From assembly GCF_000737315.1 (NCBI RefSeq), contig NZ_JMCB01000008.1, forward strand, positions 434,001 to 498,000: a stretch of DNA of 64,000 bases. The letters run 5' to 3'. The position numbers and the translations under genes were made by a program. The notes beneath the pieces were generated by a model that saw nothing but the letters and a program-made list of their open reading frames with translations, was not told the DNA's origin and did not search any database. Positions within the stretch are counted from its first letter, which is position 1. Every line of letters starts with the position of its first letter. Positions 47,984 to 58,425 of the stretch are shown here, one piece after another. The stretch is from Hyalangium minutum (GTDB taxonomy: Bacteria > Myxococcota > Myxococcia > Myxococcales > Myxococcaceae).

Positions 47984-48040
47984 CCTCTGTGAGGCACAGA
48001 CGCCGGCCGCACGCGAAAAACAGCGGGCGCGGAGGAACAA

Positions 48041-49537
48041 ATGCACACCGAATCCGGACGCAGTGTGGCCACGAACAACCATGCAGTGCTGATCGCCGGA
48101 GGCGGCCCGACGGGCCTGATGTTGGCAGCCGAGTTGGCGTTGGCGGGGATCGACGTCGCCGTCGTCGAGCGTCGCGTGAACCAAGAACTCCCCGGGTCAC
48201 GCGCTGGCGGCCTGCACGCCCGCACGATCGAGGTGTTCGATCAGCGGGGCGTCGCCGAGCGCTTCCTCTCGCAGGGGCAGATCATGCAGGTGGCTGGCTT
48301 CTCGTTCATCCCGCTCGACATCAGCGACTTCCCGACGCGCCACAACTATGGGCTCGCGCTCAGGCAGGCTCGCATCGAGCGCATCATGGCCGAGTGGGTC
48401 GCCGAGCTGCCGGTGACGTTCTATCGAGGGCGTGAGGTGACGGGGTTCGCGCAGGACGACACCGGCGTCGACGTCGAGCTGTCGGACGGCGCCTCGCTCC
48501 GGGCGACGTACCTCGTCGGGTGCGACGGAGGCCGGAGCCTGATTCGCAAGAATGCCGGGATCGAGTTCCCCGGCTGGGACGCGTCGACCAGCTTCCTCAT
48601 CGCCGAGGTCGAGATGACCGAGGAGCCCGCGTGGGGCGTGCGCCGTGGAGACAAGGGCGTCAACGCCATCGGCAAGCTCGACGACGGCAAGCGCGCCGGC
48701 GTCGTGCTGGTCGAGCCGCAGGTCGGCAACAGAATCGAGCCGACCCTGGATGAGCTGCGCGCGGCGCTGATTGCTGTCTACGGGACCGACTTCGGTGTTC
48801 GCAATCCGACCTGGCTCTCCCGATTCTCCGACATGGCTCGGCAGGCGGCGTCCTACCGGGAGCGACGGGTGCTCCTCGCCGGCGACGCGGCGCACGTGCA
48901 TGCCCCCACAGGCGGACAGGGACTCAACATCGGCGTGCAGGACGCCGTGAATCTCGGCTGGAAGCTCGCGCAGGTGGTGAGGGGCCTCTCGCCGGAGACC
49001 CTGCTCGACACCTACCACGCCGAGCGGCACCCCATCGGTGCCCGCGTGCTCCGCCTGACGATGGCCCAGATAGCGCTCGGCCGCGGCGACGATCGCACCG
49101 AGGCCCTGCGCGAGAACATGACCGAGCTGCTGAAGATGGAGCAGCCTCGCAAGCAGTACGCCGCGATGATGTCGGGCCTCGACGTCCACTATGACTTCGG
49201 TGCGGGGCACCCGCTGCTCGGGCGTCGCATGCCCGACCTCGAGCTGAGCACGGAGAACGGTCCGAAGCGCGTGTTCTCGCTGCTGCACGAGGCCCGACCG
49301 GTCTTCCTCAACCTCGGCGAGCCGGGCGCCTTCGACATCACGCCGTGGACGGAGCGGGTTCGGCGGGTGGATGCCCGCTACACGGGCGCGTGGGAGCTCC
49401 CGGTGTTCGGTGCGGTCGCTGCGCCCTCGGCCGTTCTGGTTCGGCCCGATGGCCATGTCGCGTGGGTGGGAGACGGCACGGATTCGGGGCTGCGTGACGC
49501 GCTCACCCAGTGGTTCGGACCGCCCACGCCGGCGTAG
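48041..49537 (+). CDS. FAD-dependent monooxygenase (class A, Rox/PheA-like)
   Basis: IAGGGPTGL, LHARTIEVFDQRG, YLVGCDGGRS, LAGDAAHVH.PTGGQGLNIGVQDA.NLGWKLA, C-terminal VLVRPDGHVAW. Confidence 0.93.
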   Translation: MHTESGRSVATNNHAVLIAGGGPTGLMLAAELALAGIDVAVVERRVNQELPGSRAGGLHARTIEVFDQRGVAERFLSQGQIMQVAGFSFIPLDISDFPTRHNYGLALRQARIERIMAEWVAELPVTFYRGREVTGFAQDDTGVDVELSDGASLRATYLVGCDGGRSLIRKNAGIEFPGWDASTSFLIAEVEMTEEPAWGVRRGDKGVNAIGKLDDGKRAGVVLVEPQVGNRIEPTLDELRAALIAVYGTDFGVRNPTWLSRFSDMARQAASYRERRVLLAGDAAHVHAPTGGQGLNIGVQDAVNLGWKLAQVVRGLSPETLLDTYHAERHPIGARVLRLTMAQIALGRGDDRTEALRENMTELLKMEQPRKQYAAMMSGLDVHYDFGAGHPLLGRRMPDLELSTENGPKRVFSLLHEARPVFLNLGEPGAFDITPWTERVRRVDARYTGAWELPVFGAVAAPSAVLVRPDGHVAWVGDGTDSGLRDALTQWFGPPTPA

Positions 49538-49556
49538 CACTGCTCGTACCAACGAC

Positions 49557-49585
49557 AAAGCCCCTCTCCGAGTGGAGAGGGGCCG
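49557..49585. terminator. Intrinsic terminator-like hairpin
   Basis: GCCCCTCTCC-GAGT-GGAGAGGGGC, 10-bp stem about 20 nt after the monooxygenase stop. Confidence 0.7.
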
Positions 49586-49613
49586 TCGGAAAGCCGGAGT
49601 TGGACTCAGCCGC

Positions 49614-49845
49614 CGAGCATCAGAAAAATGGGAGGCCAGTTGAAGGTCCTGGGCCTGTGGGTTGTCTTGAGCGCCTCAACACCCCGCTGCCTGATGTGGC
49701 CCTCGCGCCGCGGCCAGCCTCGCACCTGCCGTGGTCAGGCCCAGGGGCTTCACAATCGCGCGCCCCCCTCGTGCTGCCTTCACGTACGCCAACACCCTGA
49801 AGCCTGCCTCCACACCTCACGCAGGCGAACACGTCGAAGTCGAGT
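49614..49845 (-). mobile_element. IS91-family 3'-end remnant
   Basis: Minus frame reads LDFDVFACVRCGGR; shares GAGCATCAGAAAAATGGGAGGCC.GTTGAAGGT with 54614-54647. Confidence 0.8.
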
Positions 49846-50123
49846 GAGCTTGAAATCCGGGTGGGGACGAATGCATCCCTCGGAGGCTTGGAAAAACTTG
49901 GAAATCGTCTCTTCCATGAACTGTGAATCTTGCACGGCTCCGTAGCGCACCGTCCGAGGGGAGGTGCGCTGGGCGCAGCCCTGGAGAATTTTCCCTGCCG
50001 GGGCAAGCTCAAGCAGGGGGTTCCCCTTAATCCATTCTTCTATTGTGCAATCAATAACACCTGTAGAGTCCGCCGCCCGAATTGAGCCTCGCTCTCCGAA
50101 GCGCCGTAGGGGCTGGAGTCACC

Positions 50124-53045
50124 ATGACGACGAAGTACCCGCTGTTGCTTGTGCTGGCACTGGCCGCTGCTTGCGGAGACAACCACAAGCCCAATCTTCC
50201 CCCCACTGTCGCGGATGTCAGCGTCTCCACCGCCGAGGACACCCCGGTGGCCATCACCGTCTCGCCGGAGGATGCGAACGGCGACGCGCTTGAGGTCACA
50301 TTCGCCACCCCCAGCCATGGCACGCTCGCGGGCACGGGGACGTCGGTGACGTACACGCCCCATGCGAACTTCGCCGGAAAAGAGACGTTCACGGTCACGG
50401 TCTCCGATGGCAAGGCCTCGGCGACAGCCACCATCTCCGTCACCGTGAACCCGGTCGATGACGCCCCGGTGGCGGGCAACGACACCGCGACGACGGACGA
50501 GAACGTACCGCTGACGCTGGCGGCCGCCACCCTGCTGGCCAATGACACCGAAGTGGACGGGCAGACTCTCACCATCACTGGCGTGAGCAGCGCGGTCTCC
50601 GGTACCGTGGTCTTGGCAGGCACCACCGTCACCTTCACTCCCACAGCCGATTTCTCGGGCACGGCCCGTTTCCAGTACACCGTGTCGGACGGCACCCTCA
50701 CCGCCACCGCCACCGTCACCGTGACGGTGAACATGGTGAATGACGCTCCGGTGGCGACCGATGACACCGCGACGACAGACGAGGACGTGCCGCTGACACT
50801 GGCCACCAGCACCCTGCTGGCCAACGACACGGACCCGGAAGGACAGACACTGACGATCACCGGCGTGAGCGGCGCGGTCTCTGGCACAGTGGCGCTGGCG
50901 GGCACCACCGTCACCTTCACCCCCACGGCCGACTTCTCGGGCACGGCCCGTTTCCAGTACACCGTGTCGGACGGCTCCCTCACCGCCACTGCCACCGTCA
51001 CCGTCACCGTGAGCCCGGTCGATGATGCCCCGGTGGCGACCGATGACACCGCGACGACGGACGAAGACGTGCCGCTGGCGCTGGCCACCAGCACCCTGCT
51101 GGCCAACGACACGGACCCGGAAGGGCAGACACTGACGATCACCGGCGTGAGCGGCGCGGTCTCTGGCACCGTGGCTCTGGCAGGCACCACCGTCACCTTC
51201 ACCCCCACGGCCGACTTCTCGGGCACGGCCCGTTTCCAGTACACCGTGTCGGACGGCTCCCTCACCGCCACCGCCACCGTCACCGTGACGGTGAACCCGG
51301 TGAATGACCCCCCGGTGACGACCGACGACACCGCGACGACGGACGAAGACGTGACGCTGACGCTGGCGGCCACCACCCTGCTGGCCAACGACACCGACGT
51401 GGACGGGCAGACGCTGACGATCAGCGCCGTGCAGAACCCGAGCAATGGCGTGGCCACGCTCTCCGGGACGACCCTCACCTTCACTCCCAACGCAAACTTC
51501 AATGGCACGGCCGCCTTCGAGTACGTAGCGACCGACGGGCTGGCCACCCGCATCGGTCTGGTCACGGTGACGGTGAACCCGATCAACGACGCGCCCGTGG
51601 CCACCGACGCCACGGTGAGGGTGGCCCAGAACACCTCCACCACCGTCACCCTGAGGGCCACGGACGTGGACGGTGACGCACTGTCCTTCACCATCGCCAC
51701 CCCTCCCGCTCAAGGAACGCTGGCAGGGACAGGCGCCAACCAGACCTACGCTCCGGCAGCGGACTTCGCGGGGCAGGACAGCTTCACCTTCACGGTCAGT
51801 GATGGCACGCTGACCTCCAACACCGCCACGGTCAGCATCACCGTCTACCCTCCCTTCGTTTGCGGCGACGGCAACCTTGAGCCCGGCGAGGTGTGTGACG
51901 ACGGAAACCGCGTCGCTGGGGACGGCTGTCGCGCGGACTGCCGCGGCCTGGAGGTGTGCGGCGACGGCCTGGTGGACAGCGTCGCGGGCGAGCAGTGCGA
52001 TGATGGCGGAACGGCTTCTGGAGACGGCTGCGACGCCTCGTGCCAGCTCGATGCCTTCTCCAGCGTCCCGCCAACGCTCATCAGCGGGGCCTTGAGCTGC
52101 CGCACGAACAACTCGAACACGGGGCGTAAGGTGGCGGTGGATGCGCTGGGCCGCTTCTTCGTGGTGATGAACTGTGGCGGCACCGGGTATGTCAGCGTGA
52201 GCCGGGATCGCGGCCAGACCTGGGTGGGCCCCACCTCCCTGGGCATCACCGGCGTCGCGGAGATCGCGATTGAAGGCGGCCCCACGGGAACCGCCTATGT
52301 GTCGGCCCTCGCCAGTCCGGGCAAGCTGATTTTCACCCGGACCACCGACGCGGGCGAGACCTGGGAGACCCCTCGAGAGATCTCAGCTGTGGTCGAGGCC
52401 GAGGTGAGCATGGACTCCCTGGGCGACGCCCTCTACATGTCCTTCTCGATGAACTCGACGAACCTGCGCATCCTCCGGAACTCCGCCCGGGGCGAAGGTT
52501 CTTTCATCGTCACGGATGTGGCCCAGGCCAATAGCTTCCACGAGCTCATCGTGGACAAGATCAGTGGAGACGTGTTCTCGGTGAGTGACAACCCGGCGTT
52601 CCACATCCGCCGCAGCAGCGACGCGGGCGCCACCTTCGGCGCCGAGAGCGCACCGCCCGGGCAGGCCTTCTTCTCGGATTGGACAGGCTCCAACAGCTTC
52701 CTCTACACGACAGGAACCAACGGAGACGACAACATTGACGTCATCCCCGTGTCGGCCCCCGGGACGAGCACCCAGGTGCATGGCCTGCCCACGGACGTTG
52801 GCCCTGGCCCCCTCCGCAGCATTGACGCGGATGCGCTCGGTAACGCCTATGTCGTCACGCAACGGAACACGGGCAACATCCAATTGGACAGAATGCTCTT
52901 CGGGGCCTCTTCGGTGGCGCAGGCGGACGCCCGGACCCTTGGCGCCGGCAGCGCCCCGGCGGTCGCGGCTCTCCCCTCGAACACCGGCGCCCTCGTGGCC
53001 TACACGAACGGCACCAGCGTCTACGGCGCGGTGGTCGTGTACTAA
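50124..53045 (+). CDS. Surface adhesin-like lipoprotein: cadherin-like Ig repeats, Myxococcus Cys-rich repeats, C-terminal propeller-like domain
   Basis: Lipobox LAAAC; about six N/DDAPVA.DD..TT.ED Ig units; CGDG...GE.CDDG.....DGC...C twice; VSRDRGQTW / RTTDAGETW / [12 protein letters not shown] (Asp-box) motifs. Confidence 0.9.
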   Translation: MTTKYPLLLVLALAAACGDNHKPNLPPTVADVSVSTAEDTPVAITVSPEDANGDALEVTFATPSHGTLAGTGTSVTYTPHANFAGKETFTVTVSDGKASATATISVTVNPVDDAPVAGNDTATTDENVPLTLAAATLLANDTEVDGQTLTITGVSSAVSGTVVLAGTTVTFTPTADFSGTARFQYTVSDGTLTATATVTVTVNMVNDAPVATDDTATTDEDVPLTLATSTLLANDTDPEGQTLTITGVSGAVSGTVALAGTTVTFTPTADFSGTARFQYTVSDGSLTATATVTVTVSPVDDAPVATDDTATTDEDVPLALATSTLLANDTDPEGQTLTITGVSGAVSGTVALAGTTVTFTPTADFSGTARFQYTVSDGSLTATATVTVTVNPVNDPPVTTDDTATTDEDVTLTLAATTLLANDTDVDGQTLTISAVQNPSNGVATLSGTTLTFTPNANFNGTAAFEYVATDGLATRIGLVTVTVNPINDAPVATDATVRVAQNTSTTVTLRATDVDGDALSFTIATPPAQGTLAGTGANQTYAPAADFAGQDSFTFTVSDGTLTSNTATVSITVYPPFVCGDGNLEPGEVCDDGNRVAGDGCRADCRGLEVCGDGLVDSVAGEQCDDGGTASGDGCDASCQLDAFSSVPPTLISGALSCRTNNSNTGRKVAVDALGRFFVVMNCGGTGYVSVSRDRGQTWVGPTSLGITGVAEIAIEGGPTGTAYVSALASPGKLIFTRTTDAGETWETPREISAVVEAEVSMDSLGDALYMSFSMNSTNLRILRNSARGEGSFIVTDVAQANSFHELIVDKISGDVFSVSDNPAFHIRRSSDAGATFGAESAPPGQAFFSDWTGSNSFLYTTGTNGDDNIDVIPVSAPGTSTQVHGLPTDVGPGPLRSIDADALGNAYVVTQRNTGNIQLDRMLFGASSVAQADARTLGAGSAPAVAALPSNTGALVAYTNGTSVYGAVVVY
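50463..51590 (+). repeat. Intragenic tandem repeats, 282-bp (94-aa) period, four units
   Basis: Equivalent A/P-P-V codons at 50463, 50745, 51027, 51309 and 51591; units 2 and 3 are nearly identical. Confidence 0.9.
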
Positions 53046-53085
53046 ATTCACGCTTTGCCTTCATCCCCTTTTCGAGACCGTGTTC

Positions 53086-54525
53086 ATGCGGAAGTTCGTT
53101 GCGAAGTCATGGGTGTACACTGTGAGCCTGCTGGCGATCTCTGGCCTGCTGGCAGCCCCTCAGGCGCGAGCGGAGGGTGAGGAGCCCCAGGGCCACCTGG
53201 AGGCGGGGCTCTTCGGAGGCGGGCACTTCTTCTCCAAGAATGGAGAGCTGGGGGTGGCGGACTACCCAGACCTGGTGCCCTCGCTCAAGAACTCCGGGTT
53301 GCTGGGAGCCCGGCTGGGCTATGCGCTGCTCCCGAGCCTGTGGGTGGAAGGCGAGCTGGCCGCCATCCCCACCTCGGACTCCCTCTCGGACGCGTCCGTC
53401 TTCGTGATGGGCTGGCGGGCCCATGCCCTGTTCCACTTCTGGAGCTCGGGCCGCTGGCGTCCTTTCCTGGCTGCGGGCGTGGGGGCCCACAGCTCCTTCA
53501 CGGGGCGCACGGGGGTGGATCAGGTGGAGAATGACACGGACTTCGCCCTCCACTGGGGTGCCGGACTCAAGTACGACCTGACGCCCCGGCTGTCGCTGCG
53601 CGGAGATCTGCGCCACCTGCTGCCGCCCTCCCGGCAGAGCCGTGGCGTCACCCATGACTTCGAGCTGCAGGCGGGCCTCTCCTACCGCTTCGGTGGCGAA
53701 TCCCGCCCGGCCCCCCCTCCGCCTGAGCCCCTGGACACGGATGAGGATGGGGTGCGGGATGAGGCGGACGCCTGTCCGCGTGAGGCGGAGGACAAGGACG
53801 GCTTCCAGGACGAGGACGGCTGCCCGGACAACGACAATGATCAGGACGGGGTGGCCGACGCCGCCGACAAGTGTGTGGACCAGGCTGAGACCGTCAACCA
53901 AGTGGATGACGAGGACGGGTGCCCCGAGACAGACGAGGATGGGGACGGTCTCCTGGGCTCCAAGGATGCGTGTCCCGCGCAGGCGGAGGACAAGGACGGC
54001 TTCCAGGACGAGGACGGCTGCCCGGACAACGACAATGATCAGGACGGGGTGGCCGACGCCGCCGACAAGTGCCCCGCCGAGTTGGAGACGCGCAATGGTT
54101 TCCAGGACGACGATGGGTGCGCCGATGAGCTGCCGAAGGCGGTGCAACGCTTCACGGGCGTCATCACCGGGCTCCAGTTCGCGGCGGGCTCGGACCGCAT
54201 CCAGGCCACGTCCTATGCGCTTCTGGATCAGGCGGTCAAGGTGCTGAAGCAGTACCCGGACGTGCGGTTGGAGATCTCGGGGCACACCTCATCGGACGGG
54301 AACGCGCAGGCCAACCAGGAGCTGCCACAGCGACGAGCCGAGGCGGTGCGGAAGTACCTGCTGTCCAAGGGGATTGAGGCGAGCCGGGTGACGGCGCAGG
54401 GGTTTGGCTCCTCCCGCCCCCTGATGCCGAATGAGGCGAGGTCGGGGCGTGAGAAGAACCGGCGCATCGAGTTCCGGGTCATCAACGACGCGCCAGCGAG
54501 CGGAGCGGAGGCGCACCCCAAGTAA
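53086..54525 (+). CDS. OmpA-family protein: OM beta-barrel, TSP3 repeats, OmpA C-terminal domain (TraB-like architecture)
   Basis: Signal peptide; barrel strands; D.DEDG..D..D.CP...ED.DGFQDEDGCPD repeats; ISGHTSSDG..N..L..RRAEAV..YL..NRRIEF. Confidence 0.93.
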   Translation: MRKFVAKSWVYTVSLLAISGLLAAPQARAEGEEPQGHLEAGLFGGGHFFSKNGELGVADYPDLVPSLKNSGLLGARLGYALLPSLWVEGELAAIPTSDSLSDASVFVMGWRAHALFHFWSSGRWRPFLAAGVGAHSSFTGRTGVDQVENDTDFALHWGAGLKYDLTPRLSLRGDLRHLLPPSRQSRGVTHDFELQAGLSYRFGGESRPAPPPPEPLDTDEDGVRDEADACPREAEDKDGFQDEDGCPDNDNDQDGVADAADKCVDQAETVNQVDDEDGCPETDEDGDGLLGSKDACPAQAEDKDGFQDEDGCPDNDNDQDGVADAADKCPAELETRNGFQDDDGCADELPKAVQRFTGVITGLQFAAGSDRIQATSYALLDQAVKVLKQYPDVRLEISGHTSSDGNAQANQELPQRRAEAVRKYLLSKGIEASRVTAQGFGSSRPLMPNEARSGREKNRRIEFRVINDAPASGAEAHPK

Positions 54526-54611
54526 GGGCCCGAGACCCGCGCGCTGAAAACCGTTTCCGGTCCTCGCGGGCGCCCACGATTCTGCGGCCCCGAGCAGCCC
54601 GGCCCCGATTC

Positions 54612-54730
54612 TGGAGCATCAGAAAAATGGGAGGCCGGTTGAAGGTGAGGGCTGGAGAGGAAGGGCCGAAGAGGGCTGCGGACGGGGTCCGCCCGAGCAG
54701 TAGCAACTCGGCCCAGTCCTCTCGCGGACT
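54612..54730 (-). mobile_element. IS91-family terminal remnant
   Basis: Reverse complement CCTCTCCAGCCCTCACCTTC matches about 26907-26926; also contains REDWAELLL (compare RGDWAELLK). Confidence 0.7.
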
Positions 54731-55039
54731 CCGCTGCTTCATCCGCTCCGTTCGGGCCGCTGCCTCCTTCCCCGAGCTCGACTCCTACTCACCGGCTTAT
54801 CTTTCCATGCGCACATGGCAGGTACACCCTTTCATGGTCGATGTCAGAACCCTCCCGAGCGGATTGAGGCCATCCCTCTACCGTCGTCAGCATCTGGCGC
54901 ATTAGGAGGAAGCACTGATCAGGCCGTTGGTGACCCGCTGGGAGTGAGCAGCGATGGCACTCTTGCGACCGAGGATTTGTTGCGTGTGACCGCCAACCCT
55001 TGAGGTTTGGGAGAGCCGAGGCGTGAGGCTCCAACCCGG

Positions 55040-55130
55040 CTCCTGCCTTCACACCTCACGCAGGCGAACACGTCCAAGTCCAACGTCCTCCTCAGCAACT
55101 CGGCACTGTCCTCTCGCGGCGTCGCGAGCG
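55040..55130 (-). mobile_element. IS91-family transposase remnant
   Basis: Minus frame reads TPREDSAELLRRTLDLDVFACVRCEGR. Confidence 0.75.
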
Positions 55131-55306
55131 GGGGCTCCGTTCGGGCGCGGTGGCGAACGGATCTGGCGCACATGGGCTGCCTGGACGGCCAGGTGGTGAC
55201 TCCAGTCAGCAGGAAAAACAGCAGTCACCAGTCTTCCACCCCTCTTTCGGGGCCGTTCTCGAGGAAAAACGGCCCTTCTCGGGCCTTTAGGGGGCCGAAA
55301 AGCCGT

Positions 55307-55327
55307 TGGCATGTTCCCTGCTCTAGG
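55307..55327 (+). promoter_or_regulatory. sigma54-type -24/-12 promoter
   Basis: TGGCATGTTCCCTGCTCTAGG: GG-N10-GC, about 40 bp upstream of the ATG at 55365. Confidence 0.65.
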
Positions 55328-55364
55328 TCAGGGCGTCTCCACTGCCTCGAATGGAACCCCGACC

Positions 55365-56375
55365 ATGACCTCGCCCATTGCCTCTCGTGACTTCGCCGTT
55401 CGCCTCCCCGTGCAGGACGTCCCCGCTCCCCGCGTGGGCAGCGCGCAGACCGCCAGTCAGCCCGTGGCCCCTGCGGAGAGTGGCTCCAAGCGCGCTGTCG
55501 CTTTGGACCTGCAGAAGGACGGCTTCAGCGCAGGCCCTCCGACCGGTGCCAAGTGGACCCAGTTCCTGCAGGGGCTGCAGGGCCTCGACGCAGGCAAGCA
55601 GCAGGAGCAGATCATCCAGGCCCACCAGCAGATGGTGCAGGCCCAGGTGCAAGAGCAGCTTCAGCAGTTGCAGCAGATGATTCAACAGCAGCAGCAGATG
55701 AGCCAGGGCGCCGCCGGGGCTCCCCCGTCCGCCGGTGGCGTTCAGCCGGCCGGTGGCAGCAGCGCCGCCCCGGCAGCTCCGGCCGTTCCGCAGGCTCCCG
55801 CGGGCAACGGTGGCATCGTCCCCTCCACCGGACAGGCCCCCGGCAAGCCCAGCGCCTCGGCCCCCACGGGCTCCGGCCCCGTCAGCGCCTCGGGTGACGC
55901 CAAGCTGGGCTCCGGCTTCCCCTCGGCCCTGGGCCAGTTCAAGGGCGCCATCGAGTCGGCCGCGGCCAAGGCGGGCGTGCCGGCCTCCATGCTGGCCGGG
56001 CAGATCTGGCAGGAGTCCCGCGGCAACATCGCCGCCGTCACCACCAACGGTGGCAACGGCCTGACGGACACGGGCCTCATGCAGGTCAACCCCAACACCT
56101 TCGGCGAGCTGCAGGCCAAGCACCCGGAGCTGCAGGGCAAGAACCTGGCGGATCCGGAGACCAACATCCTGGCCGGCGCCTTCTACATGAAGGACATGAA
56201 GGAGCAGTTCGGTAGCTGGGATCTGGCCCTGCGCGCCTATAACTCTGGCCCGAACGGCGTGGACAAGAGCAACCCGAACGCCATCCCCGCCGGCACGGGT
56301 GACGCCACCTACGTGAACAAGGTGAAGCAGTTCTGGGACACCATCCAGACGGGCAAAGGCTCCCTGCCCGCGTAA
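55365..56375 (+). CDS. Lytic transglycosylase (SLT domain) with low-complexity N-terminal extension
   Basis: IWQESRG (catalytic Glu), GLMQV, NILAGAFY, ALRAYNSG, YVNKV; Q-rich coiled coil and Pro/Ala/Gly linker; no signal peptide. Confidence 0.92.
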   Translation: MTSPIASRDFAVRLPVQDVPAPRVGSAQTASQPVAPAESGSKRAVALDLQKDGFSAGPPTGAKWTQFLQGLQGLDAGKQQEQIIQAHQQMVQAQVQEQLQQLQQMIQQQQQMSQGAAGAPPSAGGVQPAGGSSAAPAAPAVPQAPAGNGGIVPSTGQAPGKPSASAPTGSGPVSASGDAKLGSGFPSALGQFKGAIESAAAKAGVPASMLAGQIWQESRGNIAAVTTNGGNGLTDTGLMQVNPNTFGELQAKHPELQGKNLADPETNILAGAFYMKDMKEQFGSWDLALRAYNSGPNGVDKSNPNAIPAGTGDATYVNKVKQFWDTIQTGKGSLPA

Positions 56376-56388
56376 ACCGTGAGCCCGC

Positions 56389-57210
56389 TCAGCTCCCCAT
56401 GAACGACTTCCAGAGCGTCTCCGCGAACTGCTCATCCGACATCGCCTCGCGCATCTGCAAGAGCTGCGAGGTCTGGCCTCCCTGGGGGAGGATGTAGCGG
56501 AGCCGGTCCGTGCCGTCGGTGACGGCCTCGAAGATGTCCGCCGCGACCGACTCGGCGGGGGTGTGCACGGAGCTGTTATGGCGGTAGGCCACCAGGCACT
56601 TGTCCCGGGCCTCCTGGTACTCCTCGAGGCCCTCTCCGGCGAGCAGCGCCAGGGAGCTGCCGTTGAAGTCGGTACGCACCCCTCCCGCCTGGATCAGCTT
56701 CACGGAGATGCCGAGCGGCTTCAGCTCGTATTGCAGGGACTCCGAGAAGCCCTCGAGCGCGAACTTCGTGCCGTGGTACAGGCTGTAGAACGGGAAAGTC
56801 ACCATGCCGCCCACGGACCCGATGTTGACCACCACGCCCCGGCGCCGAGCTCGGAATTGGGGCAGGACGGCGCGGATGACCCGCATCGTTCCGAACAGGT
56901 TCGTCGAGAACTGATGCTGGATCTCTTCCTCGGAGGCCGCCTCGAAGGGGCCAAAGGTGCCATAACCGGCGTTGTTGATGACCATGTCGATGCCGTCGCA
57001 ATTCCGCTGCGCTTCACTGACGGTCTTGCGAACGGACGCATCGTCGAGCACATCCATGCCGTACACCCGGACATGCGGCAGCAGGTGCAGCTCCTGCTCC
57101 GCATCAGGCCTGCGCATGGTCGCGGCCACCTGCCAGCCCTTCTGCTGGAAATGCTTCACCAAGGCTCGGCCGAGCCCCCTGGAGCATCCCGTAATGAGAA
57201 CCGTCTTCAT
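56389..57210 (-). CDS. Short-chain dehydrogenase/reductase
   Basis: TGCSRGLG, INNAGYG, YHGTK. Confidence 0.95.
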   Translation of the reverse strand: MKTVLITGCSRGLGRALVKHFQQKGWQVAATMRRPDAEQELHLLPHVRVYGMDVLDDASVRKTVSEAQRNCDGIDMVINNAGYGTFGPFEAASEEEIQHQFSTNLFGTMRVIRAVLPQFRARRRGVVVNIGSVGGMVTFPFYSLYHGTKFALEGFSESLQYELKPLGISVKLIQAGGVRTDFNGSSLALLAGEGLEEYQEARDKCLVAYRHNSSVHTPAESVAADIFEAVTDGTDRLRYILPQGGQTSQLLQMREAMSDEQFAETLWKSFMGS

Positions 57211-57714
57211 GGTGTGTGCCCCTCCCTTTTCCCTGTTTTGACTTCGCAACACTCCCCTGGATCTGCGCATCGGGAGAGAGAGGCCTGTTGAGGGTGGGAG
57301 GAAGCGGTCTCCAGGAAACGCGGACCCACGATCCGCGTGACCGCGGCGCGCCTGACGAGACACCGCCTCGAGATGAGAAGGACTCGAGGCGTCACAGCGG
57401 CCCGGGCGATCTCGCTCGCCGCGAGCGCAGTCCCGCGCCTTTCGCGGATCGTCTCCATTCGGGGGCACGCGCGCAGGCAACTTCTACGCCCCACAGCTTG
57501 CCCACAACTTTTCAGTCTCCCCCGGTCCCCCTTCAACTGCCCCCGAGTCACCAGCGCTGGGACTCACCTCGCAGCCACTGTCGATCCGGGGGACCACGAC
57601 GGTGGAGATCTGGAATTCCGGTCGAGTGATGATCGGAATCACGCGCTCCCTGCTGACCATCCACATCCGGTGGACAATCCTCAAGGGTCCTATGGCTGGT
57701 AGGATGAATGCACC

Positions 57715-58425
57715 ATGCCTTCTTCAACGAGCGGACTCATCCTCACCGTCGCCGTTGTCGTAACCGGGTGCGCCACTTCTCAGGAGGCGCCCGAGGCCTA
57801 CTCATGGGCGCCTGTGCGCCCACCCGCTGTGCCCGGCACGGGCCTGCCTGTGCGAGGGCAGCCAGGCCAGGTGCGCCCCCCATCACTGCCCCGGAGTCAG
57901 CACCAGCGCGAGTTGCCGCCCACCCGGGAGCCCAGCATCTGGGCTGGAGACGCTCCTCGTGCTTCGCAGGAGCGAAAGCCGGAGGCGGAGGCGAACCCCA
58001 CATCGGAGAGGTCCATCAGGAGGGACCCACCTGCCCCGGTGACCGTGGAGCGTCGCCGCTCTGGGTGCGAGGCCATCCCCGTGCCGCACGCGGGCGGAGA
58101 TGATCCGCATAACGAGTGTGCCGATAAGTTTCCGCCGAACCGCTATCCCGGCAAGGACGTGCTCGTGAACGGCAAGCGCTTCGATGCGCTGCAAGTCGGC
58201 GTGCGCGTGCTGTGGGAGATCAAGACTGATCAGTTTGACACGTACTCGCTCTTTCTCCGGAATCAGGTGGCCATCGATCAAGCGGAAGAGATGCGAGAAG
58301 AGCGCGACATCGCCGCGGCCTGTGGATACGGCTTCGTCGTTGGGGTGAGCAGCGCCGCTCACAGGGAAGCGCTGCTGCGGCAGGATCCGACTCTGGACAT
58401 TGTTGTCACAGGGTGCAAACGATGA
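57715..58425 (+). CDS. Lipoprotein with C-terminal PD-(D/E)xK nuclease-like domain (DUF6310-like), putative toxin
   Basis: Lipobox VTGC; Pro-rich linker; GKRFDAL..VLWEIK restriction-endonuclease-fold motif. Confidence 0.8.
   Translation: MPSSTSGLILTVAVVVTGCATSQEAPEAYSWAPVRPPAVPGTGLPVRGQPGQVRPPSLPRSQHQRELPPTREPSIWAGDAPRASQERKPEAEANPTSERSIRRDPPAPVTVERRRSGCEAIPVPHAGGDDPHNECADKFPPNRYPGKDVLVNGKRFDALQVGVRVLWEIKTDQFDTYSLFLRNQVAIDQAEEMREERDIAAACGYGFVVGVSSAAHREALLRQDPTLDIVVTGCKR

Noticed and set aside
54760-55010. Small ORF between two IS remnants
   Set aside because: 62 aa with no recognisable features; probably a degraded captured fragment.
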